DNA of 64,000 bases from Armatimonadota bacterium (lineage in GTDB: Bacteria; Armatimonadota; HRBIN16). The stretch lies in NCBI GenBank assembly GCA_963677485.1, contig OY781964.1, positions 4,992,001-5,056,000 of the forward strand, written 5' to 3'. Position 1 is the first letter of the stretch; each line of letters opens with the position of its first letter. The position numbers and the translations under genes are program-made. Under the pieces are notes generated by a model. The model was given only the letters and a program-made list of their open reading frames with translations. It made no database searches and was not told the DNA's origin. Of this stretch, positions 47,100 to 56,780 are shown in pieces.

Positions 47100-48452
47100 T
47101 TACAGTGGCCGAGCTTCGCCCTGACCTGATAGCAACTGTTCTCGTGTGAGTTCAAACCGCTTGATCACTCTGCGAACTGGAGCAGTATAGATTTTACCTG
47201 ACCTGTCTTTGACTTTTACCGTCTCCGTAATCAGGTTCTTATCTGTCATGCCTTCACCACGCCAGCCGATACGGTCTTGAGTGGATGCGGGTGAATAGAG
47301 CGGACAGAACCTTAGGGTGACGATATACTTTTTCGCCTTGAAATTGTACATCATGGGATCCTGGCTCATGTCCATTTTGCGTTTAAACTTGCCATCCATA
47401 ATGCCAGCCATGTCTTGCATCACCAGCACATCAGGCAGGTCCAGGGTAAACGGCACTTGCTTCCATTCTTTTTCCGCTTGACTGTCACTATCGGGTAATA
47501 GCATGTTGTGGTAGTCATCCTGACGCATCACAATGTGCATGCGCCCACCCCGTTTAGTGATGCGGTCGTATTGAGGATCCAGGTATGTTCCTAGATCAAA
47601 GGTTCCGCTGACTTGAATCTTCTTAACACCAATCACTTTAACTTGGGCGGTGAATTTGGTGTCTTGCATTGGTTTGGTGTCAGGATTCGGTTTTTCGTAG
47701 CGATTATATTGCCGAGACTCCGTCAGCGACAGGTTACGGATGCTGGTATCATTCATGCTTCGCATTGTGAAGTCTTTGGGGTTATAAACAGGCGAGGTCT
47801 CATGCTGCTTGATCACTTCACCCCAGGCAATAGCACACATATCGGATTGTCCAGATCGTTCCCAAGAATGCGGCAGCATGTGCCGTCTTGCTGGCGGGAT
47901 CCCAGGTAAGTTTTCGTCGAGGCGGTCCGGGAAGCGGTTTGCTTCCTGGAACCAATGCACCCCATTTTCGGCCATCTTCACCTTGTCGAACCACATCCAG
48001 CCGGCTTCGAAATACATATCGTAGACGTCACGGTTGTTGTCAACACCCTCTTCCAGCAGATGAATAGCTGTTCCAAGGTATCGACGGTCACTGCGCTGTT
48101 CTGTATCGGTAAAGTTGTAGCCAATGTGCCACGCACCGGTACTGTAGGCATCAAGGTTATGGGTGTCAAGCCATGTTACCAGCCGTATGATAGGCAGGAT
48201 CGCATCGTAGTTGCCCGAATGAAAGAACTCATCAGCCCGTACCCATAATGCACCGGCAACGACTTCTCGGAAACCCAGCAGGGTACCGAATATGTATTCG
48301 GTGGGAAGGCCAGTGACTTTACCGACAAGTCCCTTTGTTTTAGGTTCAAACTGAGGCCGGTATGTATCAGCGACTTTGTTCTGTAGAACGACGGTCGTCA
48401 GGAATGCCAAGCCAGTGAGAGCCCATAATATACCGCGTTTATTACGAGGCAT
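47100..48452 (-). CDS. Membrane-anchored TPR-like protein linked to the ABC transporter
   Basis: N-terminal TM helix and helical repeats; operonic with permease. Confidence 0.65.
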   Translation of the reverse strand: MPRNKRGILWALTGLAFLTTVVLQNKVADTYRPQFEPKTKGLVGKVTGLPTEYIFGTLLGFREVVAGALWVRADEFFHSGNYDAILPIIRLVTWLDTHNLDAYSTGAWHIGYNFTDTEQRSDRRYLGTAIHLLEEGVDNNRDVYDMYFEAGWMWFDKVKMAENGVHWFQEANRFPDRLDENLPGIPPARRHMLPHSWERSGQSDMCAIAWGEVIKQHETSPVYNPKDFTMRSMNDTSIRNLSLTESRQYNRYEKPNPDTKPMQDTKFTAQVKVIGVKKIQVSGTFDLGTYLDPQYDRITKRGGRMHIVMRQDDYHNMLLPDSDSQAEKEWKQVPFTLDLPDVLVMQDMAGIMDGKFKRKMDMSQDPMMYNFKAKKYIVTLRFCPLYSPASTQDRIGWRGEGMTDKNLITETVKVKDRSGKIYTAPVRRVIKRFELTREQLLSGQGEARPL

Positions 48453-48456
48453 GCAA

Positions 48457-49236
48457 CTACACCTCACGCCTATCGAAAATCACATGCGCTATGCTCAATA
48501 AAACGGCAATCCAGATCACTGCATAGAAGATGTTGTTCAGATAGACTATGGCTTCGTTGACGATGGCGGTTTCGGGATGGATGACCTTGCTCTGGATGTT
48601 GAAATTACCAAATTGCGGAATGCAGTAATGCATCACCCATGCGATAGTCCGAGTCGCCATAGACTTATTCGGGTCCATCATCCCGCCCGTGGTCGTGGAC
48701 GCCAGTCCGATGATGTACATGGCCAGTGTCAGGAAGAAGTTCACAAACGGGGTGGAAAACACGCTGAAGAAGATCGCCACACATGCCAGCACACTCATCT
48801 GAAGGAATATCATCAATAATCCCTTCCACACGTTAGCCACGGCAGGCATGCCGCCTTTCATCATCAACACGGCGTAGAATAGCGCACCCATGACCACTAC
48901 ATTGAGCAGTACAGTCAGAACGCCGCCAAGGAACTTCCCGAAGATAAATTGATAACGCTGCACAGGCTTACTAAGCACAGTGTAGATGGTTCGTCTTTCA
49001 ATTTCGTTCGGTATCAGCGAAATACCCATGAAGATGCAGATCAACATAGAGGCAACCTGGATGATGCCCAGCCCCAGGCTCTTGATCATCGTCATCTCTT
49101 CACGTGCCTGCAGGAACGAAAACAGCGGAGCCATGACGAGTAAGATAGCGGCACCTAATATCAAAAGAAGGATAAGCCGTCTGCTCATCGCCTCCTTTAC
49201 TGTATTAGATGCAATGACCATGCTAGGTCCCATCAT
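48457..49236 (-). CDS. ABC-2 type permease
   Basis: EIERRTIYTVLSKPVQRYQFIFGKFLG; several TM segments. Confidence 0.9.
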   Translation of the reverse strand: MMGPSMVIASNTVKEAMSRRLILLLILGAAILLVMAPLFSFLQAREEMTMIKSLGLGIIQVASMLICIFMGISLIPNEIERRTIYTVLSKPVQRYQFIFGKFLGGVLTVLLNVVVMGALFYAVLMMKGGMPAVANVWKGLLMIFLQMSVLACVAIFFSVFSTPFVNFFLTLAMYIIGLASTTTGGMMDPNKSMATRTIAWVMHYCIPQFGNFNIQSKVIHPETAIVNEAIVYLNNIFYAVIWIAVLLSIAHVIFDRREV

Positions 49237-50159
49237 TTGGATTCTCCCTCAATGGTGTCGACAAACAACTGTTCAAGACTGCGTCGTTGTTGAGTCACAC
49301 TCTTAATCGATCCACCTTGCTTACGAATGACATCTATGGCCTTATCAACAGTCACATCCAGTGGAACACTGGCTATAAGCAGTCCATCGTGATCAGTCTC
49401 CAGCTCTGCGCCCAGTGCTCTTAACTCTGGCTCTACGGACTTCGCGACTGAGGTCACAATCTGCATTTTGCCGCTGGGTAACAGCTCTTCCAGTTTGCCC
49501 TGTCTCAGCAGCTTACCTTTGTTGAGAATGGAGATACGGTCACATGTCACCTCCACTTCGAGAAGCTGATGTGAACTGAGGAATACCGTCTTGCCCATGG
49601 CTTTCAAACTCATGATCGTATCACGAATTTCCAACCGAGCGAGCGGGTCTAAACCAGATGTTGGTTCGTCAAGGAATAATACTTGAGGATCATTGATCAG
49701 CGCTTGAGCGATGCCTATGCGCTGTTGCATACCCTTCGAGTAGCTCCTGAGCAGCTTGTCGCCATCGCGGGCTAAGCCCACTTGCTCCAACAGCTTGTCC
49801 ACCAGTGAACGTAGTTCTTTGCCTCGAATTCCAAACAGTTTCCCGTAGAATTCCAGTACCTGGCGACCTGTGAGATAGTCGTAAAAATACGGACTCTCAG
49901 GAAGATAGGCAACCTGTTTGCGAACCGCAGACTCACCGATTGGCTTACCTAATATAAATGCATCGCCTTTGTCTGGGAATATAAGTCCTAATAGCATCTT
50001 GATGGTCGTAGTTTTACCAGCACCATTCGGTCCAAGGAACCCGAATATCTCGCCGGCAAAGACTTCAAGATGGAGATCGTCTACAGCAGCGACTTTGGCG
50101 CCGGTCGTTTTGTTGAGATATGACTTTGTTAAGCCCTCAATCCGAATGGCTGAATCCAT
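49233..50159 (-). CDS. ABC transporter ATP-binding protein
   Basis: GPNGAGKTT, YSKGMQQR, FLDEPTSGLD. Confidence 0.95.
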   Translation of the reverse strand: MDSAIRIEGLTKSYLNKTTGAKVAAVDDLHLEVFAGEIFGFLGPNGAGKTTTIKMLLGLIFPDKGDAFILGKPIGESAVRKQVAYLPESPYFYDYLTGRQVLEFYGKLFGIRGKELRSLVDKLLEQVGLARDGDKLLRSYSKGMQQRIGIAQALINDPQVLFLDEPTSGLDPLARLEIRDTIMSLKAMGKTVFLSSHQLLEVEVTCDRISILNKGKLLRQGKLEELLPSGKMQIVTSVAKSVEPELRALGAELETDHDGLLIASVPLDVTVDKAIDVIRKQGGSIKSVTQQRRSLEQLFVDTIEGESK

Positions 50160-50409
50160 TCAGTCCGTCTCCTTACAATACCTAAAATGGAACGGTTTAC
50201 CGGCAGTGCCGGCCCGATGGTAGTATATCTGTTGACGATGAACAGTGTCAACAGTTATAAATACTGGCTGTTCTGGCGTCGCCGTTCCCAGATACAATGT
50301 GCAAGATGAATTCCGTGTCATTGTGTATGATAGTATATGAGGTATGCTTGTTGAATCGGCCTTTTGGGGCGCGTAACATGGACAAGCATAACTGTCAGGA
50401 GAATGCATC

Positions 50410-50874
50410 ATGAATGTAGTAATCTTAGGTTGCGGGAGAACGGGTTCCGCTTTAGCCTACATGCTTTCTGCTGCTAATCACAAGGTCAGTATAATAGAGT
50501 GGAAACCTGGTTCTTTGCGACGGCTGGATCCAAGATTTCATGGTCAAACCATCATAGGAAGCGGTTTGGATCAAGATATCCTGGAGCGAGCCGGAATCAA
50601 GGATGCAGACCTTTTTGCAGCACTAACAGAAGGCGACAACCGCAACTTAATGGCCGCACAGATAGCCAAACACAAGTATGGTGTTAAGAATATCGTGGCG
50701 AAAGTCAACGACCCCTTCAGGGCCGAGCGATATCGCAGTGAGGACATCTACACCATCTGTTACGGAGTGATCGGCGCATCAATGATTAAATCTGTGTTAA
50801 GTGGAGAAGATCCAGGTAATGTTCAGGAACTGAACTTACTGACTAGTATCTTCAACATTAGCGAAGATGAATAG
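50410..50874 (+). CDS. TrkA-N (RCK) domain protein
   Basis: GCGRTG Rossmann motif, LERAGI, TEGDNRN. Confidence 0.88.
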   Translation: MNVVILGCGRTGSALAYMLSAANHKVSIIEWKPGSLRRLDPRFHGQTIIGSGLDQDILERAGIKDADLFAALTEGDNRNLMAAQIAKHKYGVKNIVAKVNDPFRAERYRSEDIYTICYGVIGASMIKSVLSGEDPGNVQELNLLTSIFNISEDE

Positions 50875-50889
50875 AGGAGTACCTCAAAG

Positions 50890-51558
50890 ATGTATGTGAT
50901 AGTAGTAGGCGGCGGTAATGTTGGGTTTTACCTGGCAAAAGCACTGATGGCCGCCAGGCACGAAGTCATGACCATTGAGTGTGACTCTACAAGATACAAT
51001 TTTCTCAAAGCAGAGCTCGGTGACCAGGTCATCCACGGCCGCGGCGATGAATACCGCGTGCTTGAGGAAGCTGGAGCAACACGCTGCGAGGTCGTTGTGG
51101 CATGCACAGGTGACGATGAAGACAACCTGATCATCTGCCAGATGGCCAAGAACTTCTTCGGTGTGATCCGCTCGCTTGCTAGAGTCAATGACCCAAGAAA
51201 CGAAGAAATCTTCCAGCAACTCGGGATTGACGCCGCTGTCAGTAGTACCCGGATCATTTACCAGCTCATTGAGCAGGAGATTTCCGTCGATGATATCATC
51301 CCTCTGGCGGCTCTGAAACGTGGTGATCTTGAGATCGTAGATATTGAGATCAGCGAGCAGTCACCGGTACTGGGTAAATCATTGTCTGACCTTAACCTTC
51401 CGGGCGAAGCACTGATCATCAGTGTGATTCGGAATGATGCTGCCATGCTGGCTCATGGAACAACACTGCTGCAACTGGGTGATAGCGTGATCGCTTTAGT
51501 CCGGCACAGCGTGGAGCAAGCCATCAGGGAGTTCTTTGCACCTGTATACATCGGGTAG
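50890..51558 (+). CDS. trkA: TrkA family K+ uptake regulator (RCK N+C)
   Basis: GGGNVG, TGDDEDN, ARVNDPRN, TrkA-C domain. Confidence 0.9.
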   Translation: MYVIVVGGGNVGFYLAKALMAARHEVMTIECDSTRYNFLKAELGDQVIHGRGDEYRVLEEAGATRCEVVVACTGDDEDNLIICQMAKNFFGVIRSLARVNDPRNEEIFQQLGIDAAVSSTRIIYQLIEQEISVDDIIPLAALKRGDLEIVDIEISEQSPVLGKSLSDLNLPGEALIISVIRNDAAMLAHGTTLLQLGDSVIALVRHSVEQAIREFFAPVYIG

Positions 51559-51629
51559 GCTATTGATTCGTGTCATCGCATTCTGTCATACTTGGAATGC
51601 ATCAACGAAATAACCTGGGAGTGTGTAAT

Positions 51630-52130
51630 ATGGAGCCTCTGCTAATCATCCTTAGCATCGCTGCAATAGCGGCATTGGTGTACCTGATCAAAACATTGAT
51701 ATCAATAAGGCAGCTCGCATTAACTGCCGAGTTGAGAATCAGGCATACGACAGAACGACTCGAAAATTCACTTGATGGTGTTGATGTTCTGACTGCCAAT
51801 GCGACTGCCCTTGTCATGGAGCTGAACGACAAGCTGCCTGATGTATTACGTCGTACCGATGAGATGCTGGATCGGACCCAGAACGAGTTGATACCGGCAC
51901 TGCGCCACGCTAATGAAGCCACCGAAGCGCTCAGCGAAATGACCCATACCATCAGTGTGAGGGTCTCTTCGCTAGACAAGGTATTTTCCTGGCTGCAGGT
52001 AGCGAATTTGTTCAAAGCCAGTAGTAATCCTAAGACGAAACTGGGTATACTTGGTTCAGTAGTTCAAACGGCGGTTCAAATTGGGTTACCATGGTTTAAG
52101 GCGAAACAAAAAAACGCCAATGCCGAGTAA
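51630..52130 (+). CDS. DUF948-like membrane coiled-coil protein
   Basis: N-terminal TM helix then heptads; precedes YtxH. Confidence 0.6.
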   Translation: MEPLLIILSIAAIAALVYLIKTLISIRQLALTAELRIRHTTERLENSLDGVDVLTANATALVMELNDKLPDVLRRTDEMLDRTQNELIPALRHANEATEALSEMTHTISVRVSSLDKVFSWLQVANLFKASSNPKTKLGILGSVVQTAVQIGLPWFKAKQKNANAE

Positions 52131-52170
52131 TATATACGAACCCTTCCAAACTAACCGGAGGTAATTGATC

Positions 52171-52479
52171 ATGAGTTCCCACGAAGACGATCGCAGCGTA
52201 TTAGTGAATATCCTGACCGGCATCGGAATCGGTGCTGTAGTAGGAGCGGTGGCCGGTATTCTACTCGCCCCAAAATCGGGATCCGAAACACGGGATTCCA
52301 TCTCGAAGTCCCTGGATTCGCTCAAAGAGTCTGTGGGTGAGTACGTCGCCAAAGCCGGTGAAGTGATTCCTCAGAAGATCAACGAGGTCGTCAAGGGTGT
52401 CAAAAAAGCCGGAGACGAACTCAAAGAAGAAACGAAGGAAGTTGTCGAAGCTGCCAACGAGCAGTTGGCCGAAGCTTAG
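52171..52479 (+). CDS. YtxH domain protein
   Basis: GIGIGAVVGAVAGILLAPKSGSETR. Confidence 0.9.
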   Translation: MSSHEDDRSVLVNILTGIGIGAVVGAVAGILLAPKSGSETRDSISKSLDSLKESVGEYVAKAGEVIPQKINEVVKGVKKAGDELKEETKEVVEAANEQLAEA

Positions 52480-52484
52480 GACTG

Positions 52485-52527
52485 AAACCTGTATGGGGCT
52501 GGCTGGTGTTGAGCCCCATACAGGTTT
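52485..52527 (+). terminator. Hairpin / probable intrinsic terminator
   Basis: AAACCTGTATGGGGCT...AGCCCCATACAGGTTT. Confidence 0.7.
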
Positions 52528-52538
52528 CTTAATATTTG

Positions 52539-53726
52539 ATGAGACTAGTCCATCCTACGCGTCCTTTAAAAAAGAATAACTGGCGTTCCTCGCTGCTTAA
52601 AGTCATTTGCCTTCTATTTGGTGCCTACATCATCTGGAGAACCAGTCAGGCACTCTTGCCTATCTGCATTTGTTTCATCGTTGCCATGATGCTGGACGGC
52701 TTATTGACAAAATGGCAGAGATACGGCATCACACGCCTCATCGGCTCCACAATCATCGCCTCTTTATTGATACTCTTTGTCGTATTCTTGGTACTGGGAC
52801 TTGCTCCAACGCTCGTAGCCCAACTGTCTGGATTTATAGATAGCATACCTCGTTACAGTAATGAGATCAATTCGGTCATGATCCCATATGCTGAACGGTT
52901 CATGGATAGGCACCATGAATTGTTATCACGCATGCATCTACCTACCGATTTCCAAGTTATCATCGATCAAGCCTCTACATACACCAGCAATACCTTAAAG
53001 AACATCGCAGGCAATATATTCGTTTATCTATCGCAGGCAGCCAGTTTTTCACTTTGGCTGATCATCGGCCCCATCATTACCCTTTTCGCGTTAGGCGACA
53101 TGCCCTACATCCGCAGACGCATCCACCAAATGCTGCCATCACGACACTCTTCGACCATTATTCATATGATCGGTGCTATTGGTAAAGTATGGACCGGATA
53201 TATGAAGGGGATGTTCACTGTGTCGCTCATCTATGGCATCATCATCGCATGCATCGCTGCACTATTAGGTGTGTCCTACCCACTCGTCATCGGCTGTATG
53301 ACGGCCATACTGTATCTAGTTCCTTATATCGGGTTTATTACGGCGGCCATCATTGCGGGATCCCTGGCGTATTTGACTCCTGCCCACGAAGTGCTCTGGG
53401 CCTTTCATGTGGCTGACAGGAGCCTGCCGTTTACGGTGACTATGGTGGCCACTCTGTTCTTGATGAACTTTACATTTGATCAGGCCATCACCCCAAGGAT
53501 TGCTGGAGAGAGTGCCGGTTTACGCCCCTTCGCCAGCGTCGTGGCCATGATACTGGGGGCCAGCCTGCTGGGAGTATGGGGGATGATCATCGCCATTCCT
53601 GTGGCAGCCAGCGGATGGATACTGCTCACTACGCTGTTCCCAAACCTGGCGGCCCCCGCTACTGAGCGGAAATCGCCAAAGAATCAAACCCAACGGAAGT
53701 CAAAGACTACACCAGTGCTTCGCTAG
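52539..53726 (+). CDS. AI-2E family transporter
   Basis: LVPYIG, ITPRIAGESAGL, GVWGMIIAIP. Confidence 0.88.
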   Translation: MRLVHPTRPLKKNNWRSSLLKVICLLFGAYIIWRTSQALLPICICFIVAMMLDGLLTKWQRYGITRLIGSTIIASLLILFVVFLVLGLAPTLVAQLSGFIDSIPRYSNEINSVMIPYAERFMDRHHELLSRMHLPTDFQVIIDQASTYTSNTLKNIAGNIFVYLSQAASFSLWLIIGPIITLFALGDMPYIRRRIHQMLPSRHSSTIIHMIGAIGKVWTGYMKGMFTVSLIYGIIIACIAALLGVSYPLVIGCMTAILYLVPYIGFITAAIIAGSLAYLTPAHEVLWAFHVADRSLPFTVTMVATLFLMNFTFDQAITPRIAGESAGLRPFASVVAMILGASLLGVWGMIIAIPVAASGWILLTTLFPNLAAPATERKSPKNQTQRKSKTTPVLR

Positions 53727-54696
53727 CAATCGCATCGAAGCTTAAATCATCTGCGCCTTTATCCAAGTACTGCCTGTATCCGGCAACAGCGATCATAGCC
53801 GCATTGTCAGTACACATGATCGGGCGAGGAACCACAACATGGATACCACGTTGATGCCCCTCCTCGATCAACCGCTCTTTCAGCCGACTGTTAGCGGCCA
53901 CGCCCCCACACACACCAAACCTCTTGCAGCCCGTGCGGAAGCAAGCCTCCATGCTCTTGGATACTAGAACATCCACCACCGCTTCACGGAAACTGGCCGC
54001 ATAGTCAGCCTGGGAGATTTCGGTTCCTGACTTTTGGAGCTCCCGAAGCAGGGCCGTCTTCAACCCGCTAAAGCTGAAATCCAGACTGTCTTCCAACTTG
54101 GCCCGCGGTAGTTTGATCCGCTTAGGATCTCCGGTCGCGGCACATCGGTCGATGACCGGTCCACCCGGATATCCCAGGTTAAGTAAACGAGCCGCCTTGT
54201 CGAAGGCTTCACCCGCCGCATCATCGCGTGTACGCCCTAACGGAACTCGCTCGCTCCAGCTCTTCACCAGATGCAGTTCAGTGTGCCCACCAGACACCAC
54301 CAGACAGACAAAAGGGAACTCTACCGGCTCAGCGATGTCCACAGCGGCGATATGACCTGTGAGGTGGTGTACGGCGACGATTGGCTTACGTAACTGCCAG
54401 GCCAGTGTCTTGGCGGCGGTCACCCCTACCATCAAGGCACCGATGAGCCCTGGCCGGTTGGTGACAGCGATCAGATCGATGTCAGACAACCCGCATTTCG
54501 CTTCCACTAGAGCTTCAGTAAGCAGCAGTGTGAATTTCTCAGCGTGTTTACGCGCGGCGATTTCAGGCACCACGCCCCCCGTGAGGGCATGGATATCGAT
54601 TTGGGAGGAGATGAGGTTGGCCTCTATCTGACGGCCGTCATTCACGATGGCGATGGAGGTGTCGTCGCAGCTACTTTCAATTCCTAAAACGCGCAT
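53707..54696 (-). CDS. tsaD: tRNA t6A synthase TsaD
   Basis: LGIESSCDDT, GGVVPE, HHLTGH, DDAAGEAFDK, CTDNAAMI. Confidence 0.97.
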   Translation of the reverse strand: MRVLGIESSCDDTSIAIVNDGRQIEANLISSQIDIHALTGGVVPEIAARKHAEKFTLLLTEALVEAKCGLSDIDLIAVTNRPGLIGALMVGVTAAKTLAWQLRKPIVAVHHLTGHIAAVDIAEPVEFPFVCLVVSGGHTELHLVKSWSERVPLGRTRDDAAGEAFDKAARLLNLGYPGGPVIDRCAATGDPKRIKLPRAKLEDSLDFSFSGLKTALLRELQKSGTEISQADYAASFREAVVDVLVSKSMEACFRTGCKRFGVCGGVAANSRLKERLIEEGHQRGIHVVVPRPIMCTDNAAMIAVAGYRQYLDKGADDLSFDAIASEALV

Positions 54697-54720
54697 GATA
54701 TCAGCACAGTGCCCCTTATT

Positions 54721-55188
54721 TCATGTTGCAGTGAGGTTACGGTTCCACATGATCAAGGCATCTTCTCCGTTATCATCATAATACCCTTTACGTATGCCTT
54801 CTGACACAAACCCCAGCTTTTCGTAGAGTTTGACCGCTGAGTTATTAGTGGTCCTGACCTCGAGTGTTGCAGCGGTCGCGCCAAGGCGTACGGCATCATC
54901 CATCAAGTGGTTTAGCAGCAACCATCCTACACCCTGCCCGCGATGTCCAGCGCAGACGGCCAAACGGTTAACTGTCGCCTCATCGAATATCAGCCACATG
55001 CCAGCAAACCCAATGACCGTACCTTGATATTCGGCCACGTAATAATGGGCATTATTGTGTCGAAGCTCCCCTGCATACGAAGATTCTGACCATGCGGTGG
55101 TAAAGCACTCACTGTCAAGACGCGACACGACTGCTATATCAGCGGGAACCATATGACGAACGGTGATGATAGGAGGTTGTGAGTCCAC
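54721..55188 (-). CDS. rimI: Ribosomal protein N-acetyltransferase RimI
   Basis: RGQGVG, TLEVR..N..A..LY, RKGYY...EDALIM. Confidence 0.92.
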   Translation of the reverse strand: MDSQPPIITVRHMVPADIAVVSRLDSECFTTAWSESSYAGELRHNNAHYYVAEYQGTVIGFAGMWLIFDEATVNRLAVCAGHRGQGVGWLLLNHLMDDAVRLGATAATLEVRTTNNSAVKLYEKLGFVSEGIRKGYYDDNGEDALIMWNRNLTAT

Positions 55189-55246
55189 AGTTAGATTCTA
55201 CCGCAACAGCGGGGATGAGCCTAAACTCATCCCCATGACATTGAGG

Positions 55247-56563
55247 TTAACGCTCGATGACATTGGCCACTGTAGAGAAATGGGCCGGATTTTGAGATAT
55301 CTGCTGATACACATCGGCATACCAGCCCACGTATTTTCCGGCTGGTACAGGTATAGAGGCCTCAAACTTGCCAGATTTGCTGACAGCCTCGGCCACAACG
55401 AACTTCGCCTGACGGAAATCCCGGATCGGACTGACAGCAACCCAAACCTCAACCTTACCAGCAGGCCCAGTTGTGGTTCCAGCGATGGTCAGCTTGTTTC
55501 CAACCATTCGGCCCTTAGCTGAAATGTCTGCCAGCGCTAAACCGTCAGATACACTCTTGTAGAAGCCAGATATCGTGCGTAATACCCTCTCGCGATCATC
55601 CAGGCCATGACCCGAATTCGGTGCGTAGATAATCCGCTTAGTACCGCTCAGCTTGTTGAAGTAAAGTGAAGCACTATCGAATACCCAGTATGGATCATTA
55701 GAGCCGTTCACGATTAGCTTGGGCATCGTATACCTCTTGCGGTAGTTGAACGGATCTACAATCTCGACAAGGGTTTTGCCCTTGTCGGTAGTCAGCAGAT
55801 CAATCAGACCAAGTTTGGTATAGGCTTCAATCTGCACGCTTTCCTTGCCGTAACTAGATTTCTGTAATGCCATCTGCCGCGGAAGGTCCAGGTTGTCGTA
55901 TACCATAGGTGCGATCGCAGCCACGCGGTCGTCCACAGCTGCTGTCAGCCAAGTCGTCCAGCCGCGTTTACTGCCGCCGGTGACCAGGAACTTTTCGATC
56001 CCCATCCCCCACTGCTGTTTAGCGGCGGCCTGTGCGGCTGTCATCGCGCATACCGCCGACTTTGTCATAGGGATCAGCAGCGGCCACTCTTCGTTCTTGG
56101 TCTGGTCGTATTTCTGGAAAGTCATGGCGATCAGATCATCTTCTGTGAGTCCATCGTATAGGGGCTGGTTCGGGATACCACCCAGTGCCACCACCACTGC
56201 CTGTGAGTTGCGGGCCATCACAGCCATCATGATCCGCTCTGGATCCGAGATTTCTCCACCAGTAATATAAAGAACAGCGATCTTGGGGTTAGGCACCTCA
56301 GACGGACGGATCAGAACCACTTTATGTGTCCACGGCTTATCCATCCATACCTGCGATGTCATGTCCAGCTCCAGGAACTGGGTACCCAGGATTGTCTTTT
56401 CAGACGCCACACTCCACTTGAAATCCGGGTTTGGCTTCGAAATATAGCGGTCTAGTGCAGTTTGAGGGCTATTAGTCACCTGCTTGCTTCCAGCCTTGGC
56501 ACAGAATGCTTGCGTTGTGGAAAGCAGGATCGCGATACTGAGTGGTAAAATCCATCGGTTCAT
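55247..56563 (-). CDS. PqaA family (PhoPQ-activated) alpha/beta hydrolase-like protein
   Basis: PNQP...EDDLIA, GGSKRGWTTWL, DPF.Y. Confidence 0.85.
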   Translation of the reverse strand: MNRWILPLSIAILLSTTQAFCAKAGSKQVTNSPQTALDRYISKPNPDFKWSVASEKTILGTQFLELDMTSQVWMDKPWTHKVVLIRPSEVPNPKIAVLYITGGEISDPERIMMAVMARNSQAVVVALGGIPNQPLYDGLTEDDLIAMTFQKYDQTKNEEWPLLIPMTKSAVCAMTAAQAAAKQQWGMGIEKFLVTGGSKRGWTTWLTAAVDDRVAAIAPMVYDNLDLPRQMALQKSSYGKESVQIEAYTKLGLIDLLTTDKGKTLVEIVDPFNYRKRYTMPKLIVNGSNDPYWVFDSASLYFNKLSGTKRIIYAPNSGHGLDDRERVLRTISGFYKSVSDGLALADISAKGRMVGNKLTIAGTTTGPAGKVEVWVAVSPIRDFRQAKFVVAEAVSKSGKFEASIPVPAGKYVGWYADVYQQISQNPAHFSTVANVIER

Positions 56564-56682
56564 CTAGGGCCCCTTTCGAATGGTTCGTTTCTAATATTAT
56601 GACCGAATTTGCCGTACAAGTGTGACTAGACACACGAGCTATACCAAAAGGCCAGTTCACCAATCAGGCTCCGGAATCTGCC

Positions 56683-56711
56683 TTGACAGCCCTTATTGAT
56701 AAGCGTATAAA
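56683..56711 (+). promoter_or_regulatory. Sigma70-type promoter
   Basis: TTGACA-N17-TATAAA upstream of 56781. Confidence 0.6.
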
Positions 56712-56780
56712 CATATCTGAGCGTAACAGGAAGCAATTGATTCTCAACTCATGATACATGAGCACAGAAAGGTGATGTCG

